DNA from: a virus
Reading direction: 5' to 3' (one strand)
Length of the DNA stretch: 64,000 bases
IMG/VR virus record: IMGVR_UViG_3300025929_000015
Location: 35,377 to 99,376 of that record
Below the pieces are notes generated by a model that ran no database searches, was not told where the DNA came from, and saw nothing but the letters and a program-made list of their open reading frames with translations. The translations under genes were made by a program, and so were the position numbers. Position 1 is the stretch's first letter. Every line of letters starts with the position of its first letter. Below are positions 38,363-47,602 of the stretch, piece after piece.

Positions 38363-38590
38363 TCAGCCGCCGGCGTTCGGCCGGACCAAGATGATCCGTT
38401 CCGCATCGGGATCGAAGGTGCGGATCTGGTCGCCCTGGTCACCCATCTTCCCGGTCGCGCGGTACGCCAGGTACCCCTTCCCGGTCAGGTCATCGAACGT
38501 CCGCCGGGCGGCGGCCACCTCGTCCGGGAACGCGGCATCCCACATGATCCGCTGATCACCTTCCCTGTCTAGGGTGTGCATCTGCCCCAT
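38363..38590 (-). CDS. 75-aa protein ending in Gly-Gly
   Basis: RBS AAGGAG; C-terminus ERIILVRPNAGG-stop. Confidence 0.75.
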   Translation of the reverse strand: MGQMHTLDREGDQRIMWDAAFPDEVAAARRTFDDLTGKGYLAYRATGKMGDQGDQIRTFDPDAERIILVRPNAGG

Positions 38591-38609
38591 TTTTTCTCCT
38601 TTCCTTTTC

Positions 38610-38816
38610 TTAATCCGGGCTTGCCGCCCGGAGGCGGGCGATGAAAGCCCGCCAGGCCCCGTCCGGGACCCGGAGGACGGTGCCGTCCCCCAGCGTGCTG
38701 TCCCGGATCTCGACGCCCGGGGCCACCTCGACGCACTGCCCGTTGTGACTGCTGTGCGAGGACTTCCGCCATTCCAGGCAGTTGGTTTTGCTGCTGTAAC
38801 TGGACTTAACCCACAT
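38610..38816 (-). CDS. DUF397 protein
   Basis: WRKSSHS...GQCVEVA...IRDS...W.AF. Confidence 0.88.
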   Translation of the reverse strand: MWVKSSYSSKTNCLEWRKSSHSSHNGQCVEVAPGVEIRDSTLGDGTVLRVPDGAWRAFIARLRAASPD

Positions 38817-38818
38817 GG

Positions 38819-38971
38819 CTAATCCACCGCGCCCGGCTGGATGGCGGACAGGAACTTGCCGGCGTAGAACGGCTCGGTATTGACCTTGCCGGTGCCCGAG
38901 CAGTCCAGCGCGTTCCCCTGGCTGTAGGCGCTGGACCCGTTCCAGCCGAAGCTGTTTCCGTTGGAGAGCAT
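38819..38971 (-). CDS. 50-aa Gly/Ser/Asn-rich peptide
   Basis: Manual translation MLSNGNSFGWNGSSAYSQGNALDC... Confidence 0.5.
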   Translation of the reverse strand: MLSNGNSFGWNGSSAYSQGNALDCSGTGKVNTEPFYAGKFLSAIQPGAVD

Positions 38972-40112
38972 TCTTTTCCCTTTCTTCCTGGGTTAAGAAT
39001 TTTCCCGGCACTGCTTACAGGTCAGCTGATTCCTTCTCCCTCCTTTCCCGGCAGCGCCGCGCGGAGCAGGTACTCCCCGCGGTAACCGCCGTGATCGTCC
39101 TGCATCTGCCAGACGACCGCAGGCAGGTGCTCGAAGCAGGCTGCCCGGGCCTTCCGCCAGTCCTCCCCCCGCCCGTCCGGGATCTTGACGTAGAAACCGA
39201 TAGGATCCGGGCAGCGCAGGTCCGGCCGGGCCCGCCCGCCCTTGGTGTACTGGTACGCGCAGTAGTCTTGCGCGGTCGGCGGGCCGTAGTAAAGCTCCGG
39301 CGCCGGCCCCGGCGGCAGGCATTCCGCCAGCTCGTACACCGCCCAGGCGTCCGCCCGGATCAGCGTTCCGCCTGGTCCGGGGATCTTCCCGGTCTTGTTC
39401 CTGGCGTCAGCCTCGCGGTGCGCCGCCGCCAGGCCCGCCGGGCCCGTGAACACCACCGGGGTCCCCTCGTACAGATCCACGGCCAGCTCGTCCCAGCTGG
39501 CGCCGACGACGTACCGCTCAGCCATTTTCCTCACCTTCCCGGTGCCGGTCCGCGAACGCCTTCCAGATCGCCGCGACCCCGTCCTCGACGTCGTCGCACT
39601 CGACCGAGACCCGCAGCCAGCGTTTCTCCTTGTGATCCGGGTGCCAGGTCTCGGCCGTGACCCTGGACCACATGTCGTTGTGGATGCCGGTGATCTCCGC
39701 GCCGTAATCCCAGTTCAGCGAGACTACGACGTGCGTGAGCAGGTTGGCGTCCGTCGCCGTCTCGGCGCTGCCGCGCTCGTTCAGGCGGCGCATTACTTCC
39801 TGGCGCAGCCGCCCGGCCTGCTCTTTCCCCTCCGGGGAGCACCGGCAGATCATGTCCAACCGCACCACTGCGACCTTCACACGCCCTCCCAGCACGGCGG
39901 ATCGGCGTGGGCGTTCCACGCGATCAGGTTGCCGTTCGCGTCTTCGAGGAACAGCCGCGCACCGGCGGGGTCCTCGTGCAGCGCGTACGCCTTGGCCTCC
40001 TCCTCGGGCAGCGCGCCGGTCAGCTTCGTCCCGGCCGCGTCGTCCCAGACTTCGTAGAACTTGTCCATATATGCTCCTTCCGTAGGCGACCGCAGGAGGT
40101 GGTGTCGTGACA

Positions 40113-40460
40113 ATGGGCCGCGGGGGTTTCCGCTGGAAGAAACTCTGCCAGCTGGTATACGCCGAGTGGGGCCCTACCTGTCACGTTTTACGCCTGCTAC
40201 CACGGCATCCCCGGCGGCCTGCTGACCGGCCAGGTCGACCACGTGATCGCGGTGTGCGAACGCCCTGATCTGCGGTTCGACCTGGGCAACCTGCGCCCGA
40301 TACATGGCGGCAAGCACCGGTGCCCGGTGTGCGGGTGGACCTGTAATCAGGTCCGCGCAGCGAGACCCCTGGAATATGCCCGGCGTAAGGTTCTTACTCC
40401 CGCTCCGGGGTTCCCTGGTTCCCCCCCGGAGTCGAAACCTCCTGAGCACGGCCGGCCGTG
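40113..40460 (+). pseudogene. HNH endonuclease with a single-base frameshift at GTTTTAC (40185-40191)
   Basis: MGRGGFRWKKL...TCHV then, in the shifted frame, YACYH...VDHVI...DLGNLRPIH...CPVC...CN. Confidence 0.75.
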
Positions 40461-40461
40461 G

Positions 40462-40584
40462 TTACGTCTTGCCGATCTTACGTTCCTTCACGCAGGAGCA
40501 GTCGTAGACTCTGCCGTCCGGGTTGCGGCATTCGCCGGTCCCGTGGCAGATGGAGCAGTTCGGGTCGCCGTTATTTCGTGGCAT
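40462..40584 (-). CDS. Zinc-finger microprotein
   Basis: RBS AAGGAG; CSICHGTG...CSC. Confidence 0.65.
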   Translation of the reverse strand: MPRNNGDPNCSICHGTGECRNPDGRVYDCSCVKERKIGKT

Positions 40585-41121
40585 GATTCTCCTTACCGGC
40601 CGGTTCCCCCCCGGAGCCGAAACTTCCGGGAGCACGGTCGTCGACCGTGGACATGACCAGCATCAGCCGCAGCTCACCGGGAGTACGGCTGGCGAGCATT
40701 GCCATCCCGAGCAGTACGGCCTCGTCCTCGCTGTCCGCATCGCGCAGCACCCGGGTCAGCTCTGCGACATAATCCCGGGCGGTCGTCCTGTTCACGGCTG
40801 TCCTGTTCATCCTTCCTCCTCACGGTGGTAGCAGCCGCTTCCACAGCGGCATCTTGCGGCGCAGCCGCCGCATGACAGCCCGGTTGAGCTGCTGCCACAC
40901 CTGCGGGGTGATCAGCACGGGGCCCGTGAGCGGGCCCCTGTTGTGGTGTTCCTGGTATTCAACCCAGACGCCCGGTTCCCTGGCCTGGCCTTCCGGGTAG
41001 AAGACCGGGCCGACCCGGACGCACAGCGCCTGCGGGTCATCCCCCGCCTCGACGGCGTGAACTTCCGGGCTCAGTCCGTCATCATCTAGGTAGCACTCGC
41101 TCATATCTTCACCGTCGTCGC

Positions 41122-41359
41122 TCAAGGCGCGTCCGCGCAGGGCGTGCGGCCGTGCTTGGCTTCGTCGCACACCTGCGGGCACGGCGGGTGGCCGTGCACG
41201 GCCCGGACGCACCGCTTGGGCCCGAGGTTCTCGAACCGGTCCCCGGCCTCGGCGACCAGGCCGAGGCGGGCGCCGCTGCCCGAGTTCGCCCGGTGCCAGC
41301 CTGGTGTACTCATCGGTGCAGCAGATCAGCCGCACCCGGTCACCGACCTCGGTGCTCAC
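41122..41359 (-). pseudogene. DUF4314-like gene with internal deletion/frameshift
   Basis: GDRVRLI..TDEYTRLAPGELG in one frame, SGARLGLV...DRFE in another; the central part is missing. Confidence 0.6.
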
Positions 41360-41627
41360 CTGCCCCGGCCCCTTTCCTGCTTCGGGTTGTAGCTACCTGC
41401 GAACGGCCAACCGCTCCGCTTCGGCTCCGGTTCCTGCTTCGCACCGTTCTTCTTCGCAGCCCTGGCCGCCTGCCTTGCTGCTTGCTGCTGGCGGACGAGA
41501 CGCGCCGCCGCCGCTTTCTGCTTCCTGGTCGGCACGGACGTGCGTGCGTTCTTCGCCCCGCAGTCCTCTATGGGAGGGCACTTAGGCCGGTTGTCCCACG
41601 TGATCTGGTTCCGCGCGAACAGTCCCA

Positions 41628-41756
41628 TCATTCCTCCTTTTTCATCCTGTCATTACATTTCCTGCTATGCGCCATTCTGTTCTTGCACTGAATGCAGCAC
41701 CACCATTCGCCATCCCGCTCGATGGTGGCGATCCGGCCGCACCTGCATAGCGTCAT
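41628..41756 (-). CDS. WWCC zinc-finger microprotein (third copy)
   Basis: LCRCGR...GEWWCCIQC...HSRKCND. Confidence 0.65.
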   Translation of the reverse strand: MTLCRCGRIATIERDGEWWCCIQCKNRMAHSRKCNDRMKKEE

Positions 41757-42133
41757 GTGCCGCCAGCCTCCTGTCCCGGTTCCCAGATCCGCCACCGGTC
41801 CCGGTCCTGCGGGGCTGCCAGGACGCGCTGGTCGCGGTACATGACCAGCTGCACGGCGTACCGGTCCAGGTCGGTCAGCAGCAGCCACGGATTGGCCTTA
41901 TCCGGGGTGAACCCCTCGATCTGCACCTGCGTGCCCGGGGTATCTTCCGGCGCGCCCGGGGCGCGCAGCCACACCGCCGGGCTGGAGTTCACACCCCAGA
42001 TCTCGGGCTGCTTTTCCCGCGTCCCGATCTCGAGCACGCAGCAGTTCTCGTCGGCGTGCAGGATATCGACGTGGTGAACGGTGACGCTGCCCGGGGTCAC
42101 GATTACCCGCAGTCGCAGTTCGCGCATTTGCAT
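41753..42133 (-). CDS. Hypothetical protein
   Basis: RBS and ATGA coupling. Confidence 0.6.
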   Translation of the reverse strand: MQMRELRLRVIVTPGSVTVHHVDILHADENCCVLEIGTREKQPEIWGVNSSPAVWLRAPGAPEDTPGTQVQIEGFTPDKANPWLLLTDLDRYAVQLVMYRDQRVLAAPQDRDRWRIWEPGQEAGGT

Positions 42134-42462
42134 GGCATTTTCCTTCCTGTCACGATGTCTACCCTCCGGTAGCAGGGCCGGGGACACCGGCAGGGCTGGT
42201 TCCACTTCGCGCAGCATTTCGGCCCGCTGCTGCCCCGGCGCAGATCCCGGCGTGGCTTCTTCCTCATGCGCAGCACGCCTGGCAGTCATTGCAGATCCGC
42301 TGCTCGTCCCACTCCCGGTGCGACATGACCCGCGCGCACATCGGGCAGACGTGCGGGGAATCCTCACAGCACTCATTCATGGCACTCCTTTGCCATCAAA
42401 CCGGGTCGTTCCCCGTGGCGCCCGCACGCAGGGCGCGGGCGCCACGGCCAGCGGCCCGGGAT

Positions 42463-43044
42463 TTACTGCCGGACGGTCAGCGGCCCGCTGGCGGTGAGCA
42501 CCGAGACCGCGCTGCCGGCCACCGGCTGGGCGGTGCGGCTGGTGTCGCACTGGCCGTTCTTGCGCGGCACGGTAAACCGCGTGTCCGCGGTCAGCGTGCC
42601 ATGCCCGGTGGCCCCGGCGAACCGGCCGGTGCTGCGCGCCCCGTCGACCACGTAGACGGCGCGGATCGGGACCCTGAACAGGCAGCCGGCGCCGGCCCGC
42701 TGGGGCTGGGCATTCAGCCCGGACACCGTCGCGGTCAGCACCAGGTTCCCGGCGCTGGTCCTGAACACGCCGACCTGATGGGTGCTGTTGCTGTCCGGCG
42801 GGGTGAACGTCCCGGTCGCGGCGACCGGACCGGTGAATGTCAGCGGGTAGGTGGGCGGCCGGTTCGCCACGACCGCGGCGCCGCGTACCGTCCCGGAGAA
42901 CCGCTCGGTCCCGGACACGGTGGCCGGCCGGGTCGAGGCCGGGTGGCTGGTCACCGTGCCGGTGGCGCTGCTGGAGCCCGAGCTGCACCCGGCCAGCGCG
43001 GCGGCGGCCGCCACGGCGGCCAGTCCTGTGATCGTCCGGTTCAT
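42463..43044 (-). CDS. Lipoprotein, beta-rich
   Basis: Lipobox ALAGC. Confidence 0.75.
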   Translation of the reverse strand: MNRTITGLAAVAAAAALAGCSSGSSSATGTVTSHPASTRPATVSGTERFSGTVRGAAVVANRPPTYPLTFTGPVAATGTFTPPDSNSTHQVGVFRTSAGNLVLTATVSGLNAQPQRAGAGCLFRVPIRAVYVVDGARSTGRFAGATGHGTLTADTRFTVPRKNGQCDTSRTAQPVAGSAVSVLTASGPLTVRQ

Positions 43045-43051
43045 GTCTCTC

Positions 43052-43396
43052 CTATTCATTGGAATCCTCGCCATTCACGGCGATGGAGTCGTGCTTACTT
43101 TCCGGCAGCTCGCGCTTTTGCAGCTTCCAGATCTTGTTGTAGTCGGGCGCCGGCCGGTCCGCTATCTTCCGCAGCGCCTTCTCGTGCAGCCCGTAGATGA
43201 TGACCAGGTTCGTCATGCACAGGGCGAACGCGACCCACATCACCGCGTAGGATCCGGTCACGGAGCCGACGGTGAAGACAAGCAGCCAGACCGCCATGAT
43301 GACTGTCCCGGTCAGTATCCGGCGGCCTTCCCGCCGCCGCCGGATCTCCGCGATCTCCGGCGGGGTCCTATCCTTCTTGCTCACCTTCTTGCTCAA
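43052..43396 (-). CDS. Two-TM membrane protein
   Basis: Two hydrophobic helices. Confidence 0.65.
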   Translation of the reverse strand: MSKKVSKKDRTPPEIAEIRRRREGRRILTGTVIMAVWLLVFTVGSVTGSYAVMWVAFALCMTNLVIIYGLHEKALRKIADRPAPDYNKIWKLQKRELPESKHDSIAVNGEDSNE

Positions 43397-43733
43397 GACA
43401 GGTCCCGGGTCCCGGACCAGACGTAGACCTCGCCGTTCCGTTCGATGACGAACTCGAACCCGGTGGCGGTGTCGTGCCCCAGCATCGCCATCTGCGCCGG
43501 GTCGGTCTTGCCCCGGTTGAACGCGGTCATCAGCTCGGCGCCGATGCCGGCGATGACGGCCTGCTTTTGCCGGTCCGCCCGCTCGCCGTCGGCGCGTCGT
43601 CGCGCCGCCGCCGGGGATTCATTCTCGCTCATGCCCTTATCCTTTCCCGTGATCCCGGGGTTGCCCCGGGCCGGGGCCCCGCACGACCGGCCTGGTGACC
43701 GTTCGTGCGAGACGCTGGCCCGCTCAACCCTTT

Positions 43734-44291
43734 TTACCCGGCGTGAATCTGGCGCGGCCCGTCCGCCGTGCCTGCCTGGCGGGCGCGGCGCGCGTCGGCC
43801 CGCTGGGCAGCCTCGGCGCCGTACCGCGACCGGATCTCCCCGAGCGGCAGCAGCCGGCGCCGGGCGTGCTCGCCCGCCCGGCGGGCACTCCGGGAGATCT
43901 GCCGGGCCTGTGCCGCGCTGGCCAGCGCGACCTGGGCGTGCCCGTGGCGCTGCAGCTGGCGGCCCAGCTCTTCCAGTGCCCGGCCGACGGCCAGGCTGGC
44001 GGCGATGTCCGGGTCATGGGGATCACCCGGCTGGCGTTTCGCCGTGCCCTGCGCGGTGAAGGTGCGGTCCGCGAGGGTCAGGGCCGCCTCGGCGACCGCC
44101 GCGTGACGCCCGTCGAGCAGCTCGATCCGGGCTGCCCGGAAGATGACGCCTGTCATGTTCTCGTCCTTTCCGCCCAGCGCGGTCGCGATGGCCTCGCGAA
44201 CGCGCCGTTGCAGTTCTCTCAGTTCCCGTTCGGCGCTGCGCACGGCCTGCTCGCCGCGCGCTCGCCGGATTCCCTTCACGTCCACGGTCAC
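43734..44291 (-). CDS. DUF1876 (dsRBD-fold) domain protein
   Basis: GTAKRQPGDPHDPDIAASLAVGRALEELGRQL. Confidence 0.75.
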   Translation of the reverse strand: MTVDVKGIRRARGEQAVRSAERELRELQRRVREAIATALGGKDENMTGVIFRAARIELLDGRHAAVAEAALTLADRTFTAQGTAKRQPGDPHDPDIAASLAVGRALEELGRQLQRHGHAQVALASAAQARQISRSARRAGEHARRRLLPLGEIRSRYGAEAAQRADARRARQAGTADGPRQIHAG

Positions 44292-45435
44292 GTCCCTTCT
44301 CCGTTCCTGAGCTGATGCTGCCCGTCCGGGGCGGACGGGCAGTTGGGGTCCTGGATCAGGACCCCGTTCTCGCCGTCGCGCATCGCGTACAGCCCGGCGC
44401 GCGGGCCGCGGAACAGCCGCAGCGACGCGCCGCAGTACGCGCATTTGCGCTCCCGCCCGCGCAGGTTCAGCTCCCGCACCGTCTTGATCAGCTCGGGCAC
44501 GTCCTGTTCCACCAGCCGGCGCAGGTCCGCGGCCCGCTGGTTGCGGAGCACGCCCGGGGTGGCCGGGATGGCGGCCGCGCGCCGGGACCCCGCGCCGTTC
44601 AGCCATTCCGCGATCCGGTCCAGCCGGTTCGCTATCTTGTCCAGGTGCCTGCCTCTCACCTTTCCTTCTCTCTGATTCCAGGGTCAGGACAGCGTTTCCA
44701 GTTCCGCGCTGTCCGCGTCGGACAGCATCGTGCCGCCCTCGTTCAGGTACTCGAAGTCGCAGTCGCCGCAGCAGCACCAGCAGCTGCACCGGTCGTGCCC
44801 GGGGTCGTACAGCTGGCGCAGCTCGTGCAGCCGTTGCGCCAGGTCCGCGACCGTCATGTCATCAGCGCCCACGGTCACCACTTCTCCGTCATCTAGCGCT
44901 TGTTCCAGCTGGCTCACCTCGCGCGGCGTCAGCTGCATGCCCGGCTCCTCGTTTACGTTCACCATTTCTCCATGTCGTCCAGGCCGGGCAGGTTCGCCCG
45001 GTGCCCGCCGCGCCGCGCGGCCCGCAGCCCGGCGGAGGTGTCACCGCGCAGTTCCGCCATGCAGTCCGCTTCGCGGCCATGACGGTAACGCAGCACCGTG
45101 CCGGGGACCATTTCCTCCTCCTGATCTGGCGTGATCTGCCCGCTGCAGGTCAGGCACTTGTGGATGTGATGCTTCGCTGTCACGGGATCACAGCCTGTCG
45201 GTCCTGATGGTTGGTGATGTTCCGGCTCCGGCTTCTCCCCTCGGGGAGCGGCTCGCCCGGGCCGGAACTGGCGACGCTGACCGCGATCTGCTCCGCTTCG
45301 GCGGCACTGTCCGCATCGAAATGGCCGGTGAACCGGAGCAGGTCACCGTACCCCTCCATGTAGGTGATGTGCTCGCTGCCGACCTCTTCGTGGGCGCCCA
45401 GCGAGACCGACGCCACGTACAAGTCACCGGTCTCC

Positions 45436-46008
45436 TCATCGAGCAGCCCGGTCACCGTGTAAATCCGCATCGGATTCCTCTCTTCCGGTCGCGGCCCGCA
45501 CGAACGCGTCAGCTTCGTCCTCGGTCAGATCCGGGATGACCGGATTGCCGTCCAGCACGACGGGCCGCTTGGGCAGCTCGATGTCCCCGGTCTGCAGCCA
45601 CTTGGTGTAGACACGCTCGAACCAGGTCGGCCAGTACCGGGCGCCGCTCGGCGTCTCGTACACCGGCCGGTCCGGCGGGGTCAGCGCGCGGATATGGTAC
45701 TGGTCCGCGAATTTCTTCATGTCCCGCCGGTACCGGCGGGACTCGGTCTTGGTCCCCATGGGGAGGACCGGGGCAGGACGCGGTTCGCTGGCCCGCGGCG
45801 AGCCGGGCTGCGCGGCGGCGAGCATCATCTCCACCGGCCCGCTGCACAGCTCCAGGTTCTTATCGGACAGGTCCAGCATCCCTTCCCGCACCGGCCCGCC
45901 GTCCACCTGCCAGGTGATCCGCACCACGTGCCCGCCCCCGGGCGCGAGCACGGTCTCGGTCTTGTCCTGGGCGTAGTCCAGGTCATCGATCCGCTGCATG
46001 ATCCGCAT
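45436..46008 (-). CDS. Lsr2-like nucleoid-associated protein
   Basis: IDDLD...V.ITW...LDLSDKN dimerisation motif; divergent C-terminal domain. Confidence 0.6.
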   Translation of the reverse strand: MRIMQRIDDLDYAQDKTETVLAPGGGHVVRITWQVDGGPVREGMLDLSDKNLELCSGPVEMMLAAAQPGSPRASEPRPAPVLPMGTKTESRRYRRDMKKFADQYHIRALTPPDRPVYETPSGARYWPTWFERVYTKWLQTGDIELPKRPVVLDGNPVIPDLTEDEADAFVRAATGREESDADLHGDRAAR

Positions 46009-46414
46009 GTCTTCTCACCTCTCCTTCGTATTTCGCGGTGACATCCGCGACCTGCTGGTACAGCGCCGGCCGCGGCTGCTGGGCGTCGAAGACCTCCAGG
46101 TACATCCGGGCCACGGCAGTCAGCACAGCCAGCTCACGGCGGGTGATCGCTACCCGGTCCTCGCGGCCCTGCGGCGCCAGCCGGCCGGCCGCTGTCATCT
46201 CCTGCCTCAGCTGGTCCACGTCACCGACGCGGAACTTGAGCCAGCCGGTCCCGTGGTTACGCCGGACGGGGACCAGCAGGCCAGCGGCGGCCCAGTTCCG
46301 GACCGTGTTCTCGTGCACGCCCAGCCACCGCGCGGTATCCCGCACGCCGAGCAGCTCCTCGTTCACGGTGCGGGCTTCCTGGACCGCAGCCGCAGCCACA
46401 CGATGTGCAGCCAC
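45983..46414 (-). CDS. Excisionase/MerR-like HTH protein
   Basis: TARWLGVHENTVRNWAAAGLL. Confidence 0.8.
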   Translation of the reverse strand: MAAHRVAAAAVQEARTVNEELLGVRDTARWLGVHENTVRNWAAAGLLVPVRRNHGTGWLKFRVGDVDQLRQEMTAAGRLAPQGREDRVAITRRELAVLTAVARMYLEVFDAQQPRPALYQQVADVTAKYEGEVRRHADHAADR

Positions 46415-46898
46415 ACAAACGGCGCGGCCAGTGCCACCCGGGCACGCACCCGCCAGCTCTCCTCGCGGGCCAGCTCACGGGCAGTCTTCAGCTCGCTGAT
46501 CTTCATGACTGACACCTCCTTTGCCGTGTCACGGCAGCACCGTCACGGTCCTGGTCACGGTTTCCTCCACCTGGACCTTGCGGTACCGGCAGCCCTGGCC
46601 CGGATGGGCGCGAACTGGCGCTGGAACACCTCTTCCAGCTCCTCGCGCGTGTCGAAGCTGCACCCGGTCAGGTACATCCACGTGTCCGGGGCTTCGGTCA
46701 CCGCACCCTGCACCCAGTACGCGGCGACGGTCTCACTGGCCGCCAGCGCCACGGCGAACATCTCCTTGACCTCCGCGTACCCGTCGTAGAACTGGCCGTT
46801 CTCCGCGTCGTACGCGCCCCAGGGCGCGTCTTCCTTCAGGACCTGGAATGCGTCCCGCATCTGGTGCATCGCCGCCATGAAGCGGTCCTCGCCGCCGG

Positions 46899-47144
46899 TC
46901 ACGGCACGCCGCCTTCCCTGATCTTCCTGCCCGGCTTGACCTCGCCGAGGTGCAAGATGTGGTAGATCGTCACGCTGCTGACGCCCAGCTCGGCGCCCAG
47001 GGTGCGCAGCGTGGCACCGGGCGCCGCGTACAGCTGCCGGGTGATCTCCTGGCGCTCGGCGGCCAGCACCGCGATCCGCTGCTGGTGCGCGCGGATCTCC
47101 GTGCTGACCTGCTTCCACCGGTCCGCCAGCTCGCCGTGGTTCAC
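46899..47144 (-). CDS. HTH protein
   Basis: ATLRTLGAELGVSSVTIYHIL. Confidence 0.7.
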   Translation of the reverse strand: MNHGELADRWKQVSTEIRAHQQRIAVLAAERQEITRQLYAAPGATLRTLGAELGVSSVTIYHILHLGEVKPGRKIREGGVP

Positions 47145-47524
47145 GGCACACCGGTTTCCGCGCCCGCCGGGAACAGCTTCGCCAGGTTCCGCTGCATGTT
47201 CTCCATGTAGGCGTCACCCTGGGTGAACTTCAGCGTGAGCTTCACCCAGTCGGGCGGGTCGATGTAGTTCCAGTTGCAGCGCACCACCCGGCGTTCCGGC
47301 ATCGGCTTCCACCGGGTCTTGCCGCAGCGGCGGCACACGTCCATCAGCCGCCACAGGTCCGCCGCCTCGTCGACCAGCTCGACGTACACCCCGCGCGGGA
47401 GCTTCTTGCCGTCCTCGACGTCCTCCGACGGCCAGTCGTGATGCACCCGGCAGGTGAGCTGCCGCCCAGGTACCTCCCGGATGTCCGCGGTGACGACCTT
47501 CTTCGCCGGCCTGCGTCTGGCCAT
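47141..47524 (-). CDS. Hypothetical zinc-binding protein
   Basis: CRVHHDW...CRRCG...Y.DP. Confidence 0.65.
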   Translation of the reverse strand: MARRRPAKKVVTADIREVPGRQLTCRVHHDWPSEDVEDGKKLPRGVYVELVDEAADLWRLMDVCRRCGKTRWKPMPERRVVRCNWNYIDPPDWVKLTLKFTQGDAYMENMQRNLAKLFPAGAETGVP

Positions 47525-47602
47525 GGTTTCCTCCTCTCGTTGGCGGTTCCCACCCGCACGCAGGACCCGCGCCCTGCGTGCGAGTGCCAGCCGCCACCGG
47601 CA

